A stretch of 64,000 bases of DNA from an uncultured bacterium (GCA_965368975.1 CBDUPA010000002.1:128001-192000); one strand, 5' to 3'. Shown: positions 18,340 to 27,514, counted from the first letter of the stretch. Numbers and translations: made by a program. Notes: generated by a model from the sequence alone, not told the origin.

Positions 18340-20258
18340 GGGAGCTTCTCCGGGTCGGGATGGTCCTGCACCGGCGGATCGGCGGTGAGCCGGCCGCCCT
18401 CGTGCAGGCGATAGAGGCGATCTGCCGCCAAGTCTTCGAAGGTCTGCTCGCGCCCCGAGGGCCAGACGACGCGCAGCCGCTCGACCTCGCGGGCCCCGGC
18501 GAGACCGAAGTGCAAACGCCGGCTGCTCTGGCTGGCGAAGCCGTTGCCGCCGTTGACAAAGCTGGTCTGCGTCACACCATCCGCCGTCAACCAGACGCGC
18601 GCACCCACGGCGTCACGGTTGGATGGAGGGGTGCCGTTGGGATCACCGATCAGTTCGAGCTGTAGCCACGCCCGCCGCGGCGCACGATTGCGGTACAGAA
18701 ACGGCTCTCGGCCGGCGTTGGTGACGAAGAGGTCGAGGCGGCCGTCCCGATCGAAGTCGGCGACGGCGACGCCACGGCCGTCGAGCTGGCTGTCCAGGCC
18801 GTGGCGCGCCGCGTCGTCCTGGAACAATCCCCCTTCGTTGTGGAACAGGCTGTTGCGCTGATACCCGCTGAGCGTTTTGTCGCCCATCGGTGGCCACTGC
18901 CGAGCGTCGGCCAGGTCGACGTCGGGTTGCACGATCAGCTCGAAGATGTCGAGCACATAGGTCGGTTCGCCAGCTGACACCCAGCCGTTGACCACGTAGA
19001 GGTCGAGCCAGCCGTCGTTGTCATAGTCGAAGAACTTGCCGGCCCAACCCCAGCCCGTGTTGTGCGTGCCGGTCTCGCGCGCGACGTCGGCGAAGGAGAG
19101 GTTGCCCTGGTTCTGCCAGAGGAAGTTCCCTTCGCGCATGTACTCGTCGGTGATGTTGGTGACGTAGATGTCGTAGAGACCGTCGTTGTCGAAGTCGCCC
19201 CAATCGACGTTCATGCCCTTCTTCGTATCGATGCCGATCGTCTTTTCGGTGATGTCGGTGAAGGTGCCATCGCCGTCATTGCGGAAGAAAGAGTCCGTGC
19301 CGAAGTCCGCGGCGACGTAGAGATCGTCGTCCCCGTCGTGATCGGCGTCGGCATGACCCAGATCGAGCGTCCAACCCGAGACGACAATGCCAACCTCGGC
19401 CGTCACGTCGGTGAAACGGGGACCGCCCTCCGAGGCTCCTTCCTTGCTGCGGGCATCGTTCCGGCTGCTCTCATTCCGGCTGCTGTCGTTTCGGAAGACT
19501 GTGACACCACCGCCGTTGGCCGCCGTCTCGAAGCTCTCCGGGAAGAAGCGCGGCGTTTCCGGATCGAAGAGATTGACCGGCGCGAAGTAGTTGCCCAGGA
19601 AGAGGTCGAGGTCGCCATCGAGATCGTAGTCGAAGGCGATGGCGACGATGCAGTTGAGGTAGCGCTCGAGCCCACTGCCGGCCGTGACGTTGCGGAAGGA
19701 GGGTTGACCGCCTCGCGGCGTCACGTTCTCGAACAGCAGATTCTGGCCAAAGCGCACCACCAGCAGATCGGGATCGCCGTCGTTGTCCATGTCGAACCAC
19801 AGTGCATTGGCCGAGGCATTACCCGCGTCGTTGCCCTCTGCGACGCCAGCGCGCGCGGCCACGTCGCTGAAGGTCAGGTTGCCTTCCGCATCGACGCCGT
19901 GGCTGCGGTACAGCTGATTGCGCCCCTGCTCGGACGAGTCGGTGACAAAGAGATCCTCCCAACCGTCACCGTCGAAATCGGCCACCGCCACCGCCGCACC
20001 CAGCGCCGTATAGCCCTCCATGATGTGGGCGTAGGGATTCTCGAACGCGCGGTTGCGGTGCGCGCGGGCCACGCCGGCTGCCACGGTGATGTCCTCGAAG
20101 TAGCTGGCCTCCGGCAGATCGCGCACCAGCTCCGGCGCGGGCGGTGGCACCTCCGGCGTGGACTCGCCGGGGTTCGAAGCGGTCGGCGCGGCCGCCACCA
20201 GAAGTACCCCAACCAGGGCTCCGGGAAACCAGGAAACAGAGAGTCGCCAACGCTGCAT
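18336..20258 (-). CDS. CRTAC1/UnbV-like FG-GAP protein
   Basis: Paralog of 15476-17455: both share GWTLD, KGMNVD.GD, VTNITDEYMRE and GWAGKF. It ends in an ASPIC domain. Confidence 0.9.
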   Translation of the reverse strand: MQRWRLSVSWFPGALVGVLLVAAAPTASNPGESTPEVPPPAPELVRDLPEASYFEDITVAAGVARAHRNRAFENPYAHIMEGYTALGAAVAVADFDGDGWEDLFVTDSSEQGRNQLYRSHGVDAEGNLTFSDVAARAGVAEGNDAGNASANALWFDMDNDGDPDLLVVRFGQNLLFENVTPRGGQPSFRNVTAGSGLERYLNCIVAIAFDYDLDGDLDLFLGNYFAPVNLFDPETPRFFPESFETAANGGGVTVFRNDSSRNESSRNDARSKEGASEGGPRFTDVTAEVGIVVSGWTLDLGHADADHDGDDDLYVAADFGTDSFFRNDGDGTFTDITEKTIGIDTKKGMNVDWGDFDNDGLYDIYVTNITDEYMREGNFLWQNQGNLSFADVARETGTHNTGWGWAGKFFDYDNDGWLDLYVVNGWVSAGEPTYVLDIFELIVQPDVDLADARQWPPMGDKTLSGYQRNSLFHNEGGLFQDDAARHGLDSQLDGRGVAVADFDRDGRLDLFVTNAGREPFLYRNRAPRRAWLQLELIGDPNGTPPSNRDAVGARVWLTADGVTQTSFVNGGNGFASQSSRRLHFGLAGAREVERLRVVWPSGREQTFEDLAADRLYRLHEGGRLTADPPVQDHPDPEKLP

Positions 20259-20261
20259 GCT

Positions 20262-22748
20262 CTAGTCTTCCTCCAATTCCGCGGCATCATCGGCCGCTCT
20301 CTGGGACGGATAGTCAGGCAGTTCAAGCTCGTCGCGGCCTTCGACGATGCGGACAATACGGTTGGCCAGTACCTGGGTGAAGCGCTGTTCGTGGCCAGAT
20401 CGCGGCCAGTACACGATGAGTTCGTCGATGATCGGCGCTGCGGCGACGGGTTCGCTCAGGTTGGGTTCGCTCGGGTTTGGTTCGCTTGAGCTTGCCGCGT
20501 CGGCGAATCGGCGTGTGCCTCCCAGGCCGAAGTGCAGGCGCAGGCTGTTCTGGGAAGCGTAGCCATCGCCCAATGCGACCTCGCGTAGCTGCTGGCTCTC
20601 GCCCTGCCGCAGCGTAACCCGCGCACCTACGGCGTCACGGTTGCTGCCATTCGGTAGATCGCCGGCTGCCCCGACCAATTCTACCTGTAAGAAATTCCGC
20701 TGCAGACCTACCTGGTTGCGCAGCAACGCGTGGCGATCTGTCGAGGCAGCGACAGCGATGTCGACCACACCACGATTCCAGAAGTCGGCGAACGCGGTGC
20801 CGCGGCTGTTGAGCAGCAAGTCGGTGCCGGCAGCACGCCCGATCTCCTCGAAGGTGCCGTCGCCACGGTTGCGCAGATGGCGGTTGCGTTCGAAGCCGTG
20901 CCACGAGCGCTCGCCGAAGTAGGCGGGATCGAAGAAGGTCCCCTCCTTGTACTCCTGCATGCGGTTGACCACGCTGTGCAGGAACTCTTGCTCGATCTCG
21001 GTGCCAGGCTGGTTGTACACCCAGCCGTTGACCGAGTAGATATCCTGCCAGCCGTCGTTGTCGAAGTCGGCAAAGCCGGAGCCCCAGAACCAGCCGGGCG
21101 GATTGGCGTTGGCCGCCCACGTGACGTCCTCGAAGGTGCCGTCGCCGCGATTGCGCAGCAACGTGTTGCCGGAGGCCATCTGCTGGAATACCTCGATCAT
21201 GCCGAAGCCACTCTGCCGTGCAATCTGCATGTAGAGCGGCATGTCCGACATCCACACTCCTTGCGTCCAGGTGTTGAGCATGTAACGACCAACGGTCGGC
21301 CATTCGGCGAACCAGCTCGACTCGGAGCGGATGTGGGCGACGTAGATGTCCTGCCAGCCGTCGTTGTCGTAGTCGCCGAAGGAAGCACTCATGCCGGCGC
21401 CGTAGGCCAGCGTCCCGGTGGCAACGGTGACGTCGGTGAAGGTGACATCCCCATCACTGCCGGTGCCGTCGTTGCGATACAGGGTCTTGCGCCCGAAATC
21501 ATTGACCACGTAGAGATCCGCGTCACCGTCCTGGTCGTAGTCACCGAACACCGAGCCCAAACACAGACCGACCTCGCCGACACCAGCCGACTCCGTGATG
21601 TTGGAGAATGTGCCATCGCCATTGTTGCGGTAGAGCTGGTTGTGCTCCCCGTTGCGGGCATAGAAGGTCGTTGGGATGCGCTCGCGCGGATCGAGATAGC
21701 GGCCGACGTAGAGATCCAGATCGCCATCGTTGTCGATATCACCGAAACTACCGACCGTTGTGCAGCAGTCTGCGCCGAGACCGGCGCGCTCGGTGACATC
21801 GCGGAAGGTCCCGTCGCCCTGGTTCTCGAACAGCTGGTTGGGCTGGAAGGTGCGACTGACGAAGAAGTCCTTGTCGCCATCGTTGTCCCAATCCGCGAAC
21901 AGGCCAACGCTGACACCGTCGAGACCACTCAGGCCAGCAGCGGCCGTGATGTCCTCGAACGTGCCGTCACCGACGTTGCGGTAGAGCCGGGATTCGACAC
22001 CATCCGGGATGAAAAGGTCGTGCAAACCATCCCCATCGAGGTCCGTCGTCGTGATGCCGGCCGGGCCGTAGCGCAGCATGCCGAATTTCAACGGCTCGCT
22101 CAGGAAGGGCGGATAGTACTGGTTCTCGAACGCGATGCCGGCATCCGCGGCGGTGTCGACGAACTGAGGCTCACTGCTGATCACTCGGTCGCCCTCGAGC
22201 AGTTCGGCACTGACGATTCTCAGCCCGGCCTCCCCTGCCGGCCGCAGCTTCATCTGGAAATAGGCACGGTCGATGCCGGCGCGCGCTTCGCCCCGCGGCA
22301 TACCGACCACCTCGAAGCGCACGCTGGCTTCCAACTCGTCACCCCGCCAGCGGTGCAAACGGTGCACGTGCAGCCGCACCTCGTCGACCGACTCCAACCC
22401 CTGCAGGTAGCGGTCCCAGGCTGCCGCCGCGGCAGCAGCGTCCTGAGACTGCTGGTCGGCCGCGAAGGCGTACGTGCGCACGCCATCCCGATCATCGCGC
22501 AGGCGGAGATTCGTCAACCCGAGGTCGGAACCAGCGAAGGTGTCCGCATAGGTGGCGCGAACAGCGTCGAGATCCCGAGCCTGCAAAGCGATCGACAACG
22601 CCTCCAGCGTCTGGCTGATCTGCTGGCCCGCAAGGAAGAACCGTGCCCCCGCGCGGCTCAGGTAGATGCCCGTCAAAACGGACAAGAGGATCGCCAAGAC
22701 GACGACAGCCAAGAGCCGCTGTCCCGTCTTCGAACGGAAAATACGCAT
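20262..22748 (-). CDS. CRTAC1-family FG-GAP/ASPIC protein with N-terminal anchor and an extra ~170-aa (SnoaL/NTF2-like?) domain
   Basis: TM helix, an alpha/beta N-terminal domain, many DxDxDG repeats and an ASPIC motif (NRDAVGARV, LHFGLG). Confidence 0.87.
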   Translation of the reverse strand: MRIFRSKTGQRLLAVVVLAILLSVLTGIYLSRAGARFFLAGQQISQTLEALSIALQARDLDAVRATYADTFAGSDLGLTNLRLRDDRDGVRTYAFAADQQSQDAAAAAAAWDRYLQGLESVDEVRLHVHRLHRWRGDELEASVRFEVVGMPRGEARAGIDRAYFQMKLRPAGEAGLRIVSAELLEGDRVISSEPQFVDTAADAGIAFENQYYPPFLSEPLKFGMLRYGPAGITTTDLDGDGLHDLFIPDGVESRLYRNVGDGTFEDITAAAGLSGLDGVSVGLFADWDNDGDKDFFVSRTFQPNQLFENQGDGTFRDVTERAGLGADCCTTVGSFGDIDNDGDLDLYVGRYLDPRERIPTTFYARNGEHNQLYRNNGDGTFSNITESAGVGEVGLCLGSVFGDYDQDGDADLYVVNDFGRKTLYRNDGTGSDGDVTFTDVTVATGTLAYGAGMSASFGDYDNDGWQDIYVAHIRSESSWFAEWPTVGRYMLNTWTQGVWMSDMPLYMQIARQSGFGMIEVFQQMASGNTLLRNRGDGTFEDVTWAANANPPGWFWGSGFADFDNDGWQDIYSVNGWVYNQPGTEIEQEFLHSVVNRMQEYKEGTFFDPAYFGERSWHGFERNRHLRNRGDGTFEEIGRAAGTDLLLNSRGTAFADFWNRGVVDIAVAASTDRHALLRNQVGLQRNFLQVELVGAAGDLPNGSNRDAVGARVTLRQGESQQLREVALGDGYASQNSLRLHFGLGGTRRFADAASSSEPNPSEPNLSEPVAAAPIIDELIVYWPRSGHEQRFTQVLANRIVRIVEGRDELELPDYPSQRAADDAAELEED

Positions 22749-22801
22749 GCTAGAACTCCGATCTCCAAGCGCTTCGATTCATGTCTTATACACTCTACGA
22801 C

Positions 22802-23839
22802 ATGAGTACAACACTGCAATCCCCTGCCCAAGGGACACAACGCTACAGCGCCGCCGCCTGTCAGATCGACATGGCCAATCCCACCGACCGCCGCGGCATC
22901 GGCAAGAAGACCGCGCGCATGCTGCAGATGATCGACCAGGCGGTGCAGGGCTATTCCCCTTTCTTGCCCGTCAAGCTGGTGGTCTTTCCCGAGTTCGCGC
23001 ACGCCGCGCCCGTCTACCCGACTGCTGCCGAACTGTACGACAAGCTCGCCGTGCCGATCCCCAACGAGCACACGGAGCGCTACGTCGAGAAGGCCCGCGA
23101 GTACGGCGTTTATATCCAGACCGGCACGTTCCTGGAACGCGACGATCGCTACGGTGAGGTCGTCTTCAACACCACTTGCCTGATCGGCCCGGACGGCATC
23201 TTGAGCAAGTACCGCAAGGTCCACACCTGGATTCCGTGGGAAGTCCACGCCAGTCCCCACGACCTGCCGGACTACCAGGACGAGATCTACCCGGTCGTCG
23301 ACACCCCGATCGGCAAACTCGGCGTCGCCATCTGCTACGACTGGCTCTTCCCCGAAGTCCTGCGTCAACTCACCGCCAACGGCGCCGAAGTCCTGATCCG
23401 TGTCTCCGCCTATATGGACCCCTGGGGCGCCACCTCCCCCATGGATTGGTGGACCGTCGTCAATCGCTGCCGCGCCCTGGAGAACGTCGCCTACGTCGTC
23501 GCCTCCAACCAGGGTGCCAGCCTCAAGCACTACCCCCCCTTCTCCTGGCCCGGCGGCTCGATGGTCGTCGACTACGACGGTCGCATCCTCGCCCAAGCCG
23601 ACCCCGGTCCCGGCGAGAAAATCGTCGTCGCCCCCGTCGACATCAGTGCCCTGCGTCACGAACGCGGCGTGCGTCGCGGCCACCAGAACCTGGGGCACCT
23701 GCGGACCGAGACGTTGCCGATGTACCAGCAGAGCTTCTATCCCGGTGGCTGCGGCCAAGATGGGCTCACCATCGACGGCAACAACGAACGCACTGCCGCC
23801 GTCAAGAAGAAGCTCGGCTACTGCGAACCGGGCGAATGA
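22802..23839 (+). CDS. Nitrilase-superfamily carbon-nitrogen hydrolase
   Basis: Glu-Lys-Cys triad motifs: VVFPEF, KYRKVH and ICYDWLFPE. Also RALEN..YVVASN and GGSMVVD. Confidence 0.92.
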   Translation: MSTTLQSPAQGTQRYSAAACQIDMANPTDRRGIGKKTARMLQMIDQAVQGYSPFLPVKLVVFPEFAHAAPVYPTAAELYDKLAVPIPNEHTERYVEKAREYGVYIQTGTFLERDDRYGEVVFNTTCLIGPDGILSKYRKVHTWIPWEVHASPHDLPDYQDEIYPVVDTPIGKLGVAICYDWLFPEVLRQLTANGAEVLIRVSAYMDPWGATSPMDWWTVVNRCRALENVAYVVASNQGASLKHYPPFSWPGGSMVVDYDGRILAQADPGPGEKIVVAPVDISALRHERGVRRGHQNLGHLRTETLPMYQQSFYPGGCGQDGLTIDGNNERTAAVKKKLGYCEPGE

Positions 23840-24273
23840 AGCTTCCCCAGAGCTGGCGCATCCGCCTGATCAACTTCTACGCCCCCTACCTCGGTGCCGG
23901 CATCCGCGTGCGTCGCGATGGCACGGGCTACCAGATCCGCATGAAGCTCCGCTGGTGGAACCGGAACTACTTCGGAACCCACTTCGGCGGCTCGCTGTAC
24001 TCGATGTGCGATCCGTTCTACGTGCTGATCTTGGCCGAGCAGTTGGGAAGAGATTACATCGTGTGGGACAAGGCAGCGTCGATCCGGTTTCGGCGGCCGG
24101 GGAAGGGAGAGATGAGGGCGGATTTCCAGCTGTCAGGGGAGGAGATCGAGCGGGTGCGCGAGCTGGCGGACGCTGGGGAGGTCGTCGAGCCTACGTACTC
24201 CGTCGAGGTGAAGGATGGGAACGGGAAGGTCGTGGCGGAGGTGGAGAAGCTTTGTTATGTGCGGAGGAAGTGA
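23836..24273 (+). CDS. DUF4442 / PaaI-like hotdog-fold protein
   Basis: ATGA overlap with the nitrilase stop. Motifs PYLGAGIRV, NRNYFGTHFGGSLYSMCDPFY and VWDKAASIRF. Confidence 0.88.
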   Translation: MKLPQSWRIRLINFYAPYLGAGIRVRRDGTGYQIRMKLRWWNRNYFGTHFGGSLYSMCDPFYVLILAEQLGRDYIVWDKAASIRFRRPGKGEMRADFQLSGEEIERVRELADAGEVVEPTYSVEVKDGNGKVVAEVEKLCYVRRK

Positions 24274-24637
24274 GAGCAGAGGGCTGCATGCCTAAATTTT
24301 GATTGTGACACAAGATACTATTGACTAGGAATTCGTTATTTCGACATCACCAAGTCTTTGCGCGTAGTGAAGGTCACTTAGAGGAGCAGAGAAATGGCCC
24401 AGGATCAAATGTTCGGCAGTCTTATGAATGGTGTATATGTCGCCCCTGAGTTCATAGCTACCAGGAAGCTGGTGTTCTTTGGAACGTCGATCCTAAAAGT
24501 CACCCAATCGAGTTTCGGAAACACGGCGAAGACTCGAAGAGTTGCTGCAAACCCGCTCCAGCTTGTTGGACATCGAGCCGCGAGAGATCTACCCATTTCT
24601 CTCAGACTTCTAGACCCAATGGAGCCCTGGCCGGAGC

Positions 24638-24734
24638 GTGGGTGAGCTGGAAACGGCGTTCCGGGACTCGATCGACGACTATCTCAAGTTCTGCGTGCAG
24701 CGTTGCGAGAAACCGGACAAGCCATTCTCCGGGC
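24638..24734 (+). pseudogene. Remnant of a HicB-family antitoxin
   Basis: ELETAFRDSIDDYLKFC..RCEKPDKPFSGR matches the HicB core. The N-terminus and the C-terminal RHH domain are missing. Confidence 0.7.
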
Positions 24735-24765
24735 GTCTCCCCCGAAGCCCAGCCGCCGAACTCGG

Positions 24766-24814
24766 CAAGGTTCTCGCGGTCCACGACGTGACCACCCGCT
24801 GCGACGACTGTGAT
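24766..24814 (+). repeat. 49-bp diverged direct repeat, copy 1 (copy 2 at 26351-26399)
   Basis: 44/49 positions are identical by manual alignment, including 26 consecutive identical bases (tgaccacccgctgcgacgactgtgat). Confidence 0.85.
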
Positions 24815-24903
24815 TGCCACCGGTCGACCAAGAAGGGGAAAGCAGATTTAAATCTGCTTGTTGAGGGTTAACCATCTGCTATCCTCCACTCCCGGAGGTA
24901 GCC

Positions 24904-26028
24904 ATGCTGTTCCAATGCCCCGATCTACAAGCCGCTGAACTCGATGTCCTAGCCAAGATCGAGAAACTGCGACAAGAACTTGACTTCACCCTTCCGCCGC
25001 GACGCTGGTTCGGTCTGCTGCGCCGCAACACCTTTGCGCGCGCCATCCAGGGGTCCAACAGCATCGAGGGCTACAACGTCACCATCGACGACGCCACCGC
25101 CGCTGTCGAAGGCGAAGAGCCAATCGACGACAAGACCGAGGCGTGGGCAGCGGTGAATGGGTATCGCCTCGCCATGACGCTGATTCTGCAGAAGGCTGGG
25201 GACCCGCACTTCTCCTACTCGACTGAATTCCTCAATTCGCTGCATTTCATGATGCTGTCCTACGACTTGACGAAGAACCCAGGCTGCTGGCGCTCTGGTT
25301 CCATCTTCGTTCGCAACGAGATCGAAGGCGAGACCGTGTACGAGGGGCCGGACGCGGAGGAGGTTCCGGCTCTCATGCTCGAGCTGATCGAGGCCCTGAA
25401 TCAGCCGTCCGACGTACCGCCAGTGGTGCAGGCGGCGATGGGTCACCTCAACCTGGTGATGATTCACCCCTACTCGGACGGTAACGGTCGCATGGCCCGT
25501 GCGCTACAGACGTTGATCCTGGCCCGAGTGGGAATCTCGCGCAATCCGATCTTCGTCAGCATCGAAGAGTACCTGGGACGCAATACGCAGGCGTACTACG
25601 ACGTGCTCGCCGAGGTGGGAAGTGGCCGTTGGCAGCCGGACGGGGATACGAGACCCTGGATTCGATTCTGCCTCAAAGCCCACTATCAACAAGCCGCCAC
25701 GATCCGACAGCGGAGTCAGGTCTTGCATCGCCTGTTCGACGAGATCGAACGCTTGGCACAAGCCCAAGATCTACCCGAGCGAAGTATCGCTTCTCTGGCC
25801 GAAGCGGCAATGGGACTGCGTATCCGCAACTCCACGTATCGTTCGCTGGCGGACATTGCCGAAGGCACTGCCTCACGTGACCTGAAGCGCTTGGTAGAAC
25901 TCGGCTACCTCAAAGCCCACGGTAAGAAACGCGGACGCTTCTACGTGGCGGGCGAGGCGCTGCAACGACTTGCCCTGGAGGTCGGCAAGCCTGGGCGCAT
26001 GCGGGATCCTTTCGAAGAGTTGGGGTAA
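24904..26028 (+). CDS. Fic-domain protein with C-terminal HTH
   Basis: Fic motif HPYSDGNGRMAR, N-terminal inhibitory-type motif SNSIEG and C-terminal wHTH (TASRDLKRLV.LGYL). A GGAGG RBS precedes it. Confidence 0.92.
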   Translation: MLFQCPDLQAAELDVLAKIEKLRQELDFTLPPRRWFGLLRRNTFARAIQGSNSIEGYNVTIDDATAAVEGEEPIDDKTEAWAAVNGYRLAMTLILQKAGDPHFSYSTEFLNSLHFMMLSYDLTKNPGCWRSGSIFVRNEIEGETVYEGPDAEEVPALMLELIEALNQPSDVPPVVQAAMGHLNLVMIHPYSDGNGRMARALQTLILARVGISRNPIFVSIEEYLGRNTQAYYDVLAEVGSGRWQPDGDTRPWIRFCLKAHYQQAATIRQRSQVLHRLFDEIERLAQAQDLPERSIASLAEAAMGLRIRNSTYRSLADIAEGTASRDLKRLVELGYLKAHGKKRGRFYVAGEALQRLALEVGKPGRMRDPFEELG

Positions 26029-26044
26029 ACAACGAGCTCGGTAC

Positions 26045-26269
26045 AATCTCCTCCTCGACCTGGGTGATCGGCTGGTCGCCACCGAAGTAAAATCGGGGCA
26101 GACGGTCGCGGGAGACTTCTTTGCCAACCTCGAACGCTTGCCTGAAGAGTTGCCGGAGGATCTCGCATCGCGCCTCGGCTCGTCCCGAGTCGTCTACGGT
26201 GGCGCGGAAGCCCAGCGACGGCGAGGAGTCGAAGTCGTACCTTGGAAGAGCCTGAAGGATCTTGAATAG
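26045..26269 (+). pseudogene. C-terminal remnant of an AAA+ ATPase/DUF4143 protein
   Basis: LLLDLGDRLVATEVKSGQTVAGDFF.NL resembles the PD-(D/E)xK-like DUF4143 tail. There is no start codon or ATPase portion. Confidence 0.6.
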
Positions 26270-26285
26270 TAGGAGCCAGACTCGC

Positions 26286-26714
26286 ATGAACCTCCTCAGC
26301 AAGCTCGCCTCCATCTTCTCCCCTCGACGCCCGTCCGTCGTCGACGACGACAAGATCCTCGCAGGCCACGACCTGACCACCCGCTGCGACGACTGTGATG
26401 CACCGGGAGCGCGGATCATCTTGACGCAGAGCGAGGCCGGCTGGACGCTGGGTTTCTGGGGCTTCTGCGGCAGCAACAGCGGTGCCGATCCGATTTCCGC
26501 CGAGCGCGCGCAAGCTATTTTGCAGGCGTTTCAGGGACCCGATTTCGACGTCGACCAGATCGCCGCGGCGGGCTTCTATGACGATGCCGGCTACTGTCGC
26601 GACTGCGGGAAGTTCTACTGCGAAAGCCACTGGAACGTCACGCCGAATGGCTGCGGGACCTGTCCGGCAGGTCATTCCAAGAGTCTCGACCCGCACTGGT
26701 CCCCGGACCTCTAG
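26286..26714 (+). CDS. Hypothetical Cys-rich, putative zinc-binding protein
   Basis: AGGAG RBS. Cys/His motifs CDDC, CRDC...YCESH and CGTCPAGH. Confidence 0.7.
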   Translation: MNLLSKLASIFSPRRPSVVDDDKILAGHDLTTRCDDCDAPGARIILTQSEAGWTLGFWGFCGSNSGADPISAERAQAILQAFQGPDFDVDQIAAAGFYDDAGYCRDCGKFYCESHWNVTPNGCGTCPAGHSKSLDPHWSPDL

Positions 26715-26755
26715 TTCAGACACCGTCACAGCGGGTCGCCCTATACTGCGTCCCT

Positions 26756-27514
26756 ATGGACCCAGAACTTCTCGCTCTCCTCGCTGACCTCCACCTGCAC
26801 AACCACCGCCAAGGCCCCGGTAGTCCAGTTGCTTTCGCGCGGGCCCTCGATCTGTCCGGCATCGACGCTCAAGCCTCGCTCGAGATAGCCGACATCGGCT
26901 GCGGTACGGGCGCAACGTCGCTCTCACTCACCCAAACCACGCAGGCCTCGATCACCGCCGTCGATCTGCTGCCCGCTTTCCTCGACGAGCTGACCCGACG
27001 AGCCGATGCCCTGGGCGTTCGAGATCGGATCGAGGTGATCGAAGCCGACATGGGAGATCTGCCGTTCGAGCGCGAGCAGTTCGACGTGATCTGGTCCGAA
27101 GGCGCGATCTATAACCTTGGCTTCAGCCGAGGCATCCGGGAATGGCGCGAGTACTTGAAGCCCGGAGGTGTCCTGGTAGTGACGGAGATCACCTGGCTGA
27201 CGGCGAAAGTACCGGACGAGCTGCGCCAGCATTGGGAAGGCGAGTACTCCGAGATGGCGCTGGCGTCGACGAAGCTGAGGCAGCTCGAAGACTACGGCTA
27301 CACACCGATCGGCTACTTCGCCCTGCCCGCGGACTGTTGGCTAGAGGAGTACTACGTGCCGCTTGCAGCCGGCTTCGACGACTTCCTTGCGCGCCATGCT
27401 GCCGACGAGATGGCTCGGGAGGTCGTCGCTGCAGAGAAGCGGGAGATCGCGCTATACGAGAAGTTCCAGGACCACTACAGCTACGGTTGCTATGTGGCCA
27501 GGAAGGTCGCGTAG
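26756..27514 (+). CDS. Class I SAM-dependent methyltransferase
   Basis: Motifs RQGPGS, IADIGCGTG, FDVIWSEGAIYN.GF and LKPGG. Confidence 0.92.
   Translation: MDPELLALLADLHLHNHRQGPGSPVAFARALDLSGIDAQASLEIADIGCGTGATSLSLTQTTQASITAVDLLPAFLDELTRRADALGVRDRIEVIEADMGDLPFEREQFDVIWSEGAIYNLGFSRGIREWREYLKPGGVLVVTEITWLTAKVPDELRQHWEGEYSEMALASTKLRQLEDYGYTPIGYFALPADCWLEEYYVPLAAGFDDFLARHAADEMAREVVAAEKREIALYEKFQDHYSYGCYVARKVA

Noticed and set aside
7041-22748. Enediyne biosynthetic gene cluster
   Set aside because: No PKSE or other enediyne core genes are in the window. ASPIC/UnbV domains alone are not diagnostic.
12177-22805. Very long plus-strand ORFs (748, 475, 691 aa, etc.) opposite the CRTAC1 genes
   Set aside because: They are antisense shadows caused by high-GC codon bias. 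They show no motifs, and the minus-strand genes have clear family signatures.
24394-24645. Short ORFs in the AT-richer stretch (24394-24645 +, 24405-24596 -)
   Set aside because: No recognisable motifs and atypical codon usage. Probably a decayed foreign sequence.
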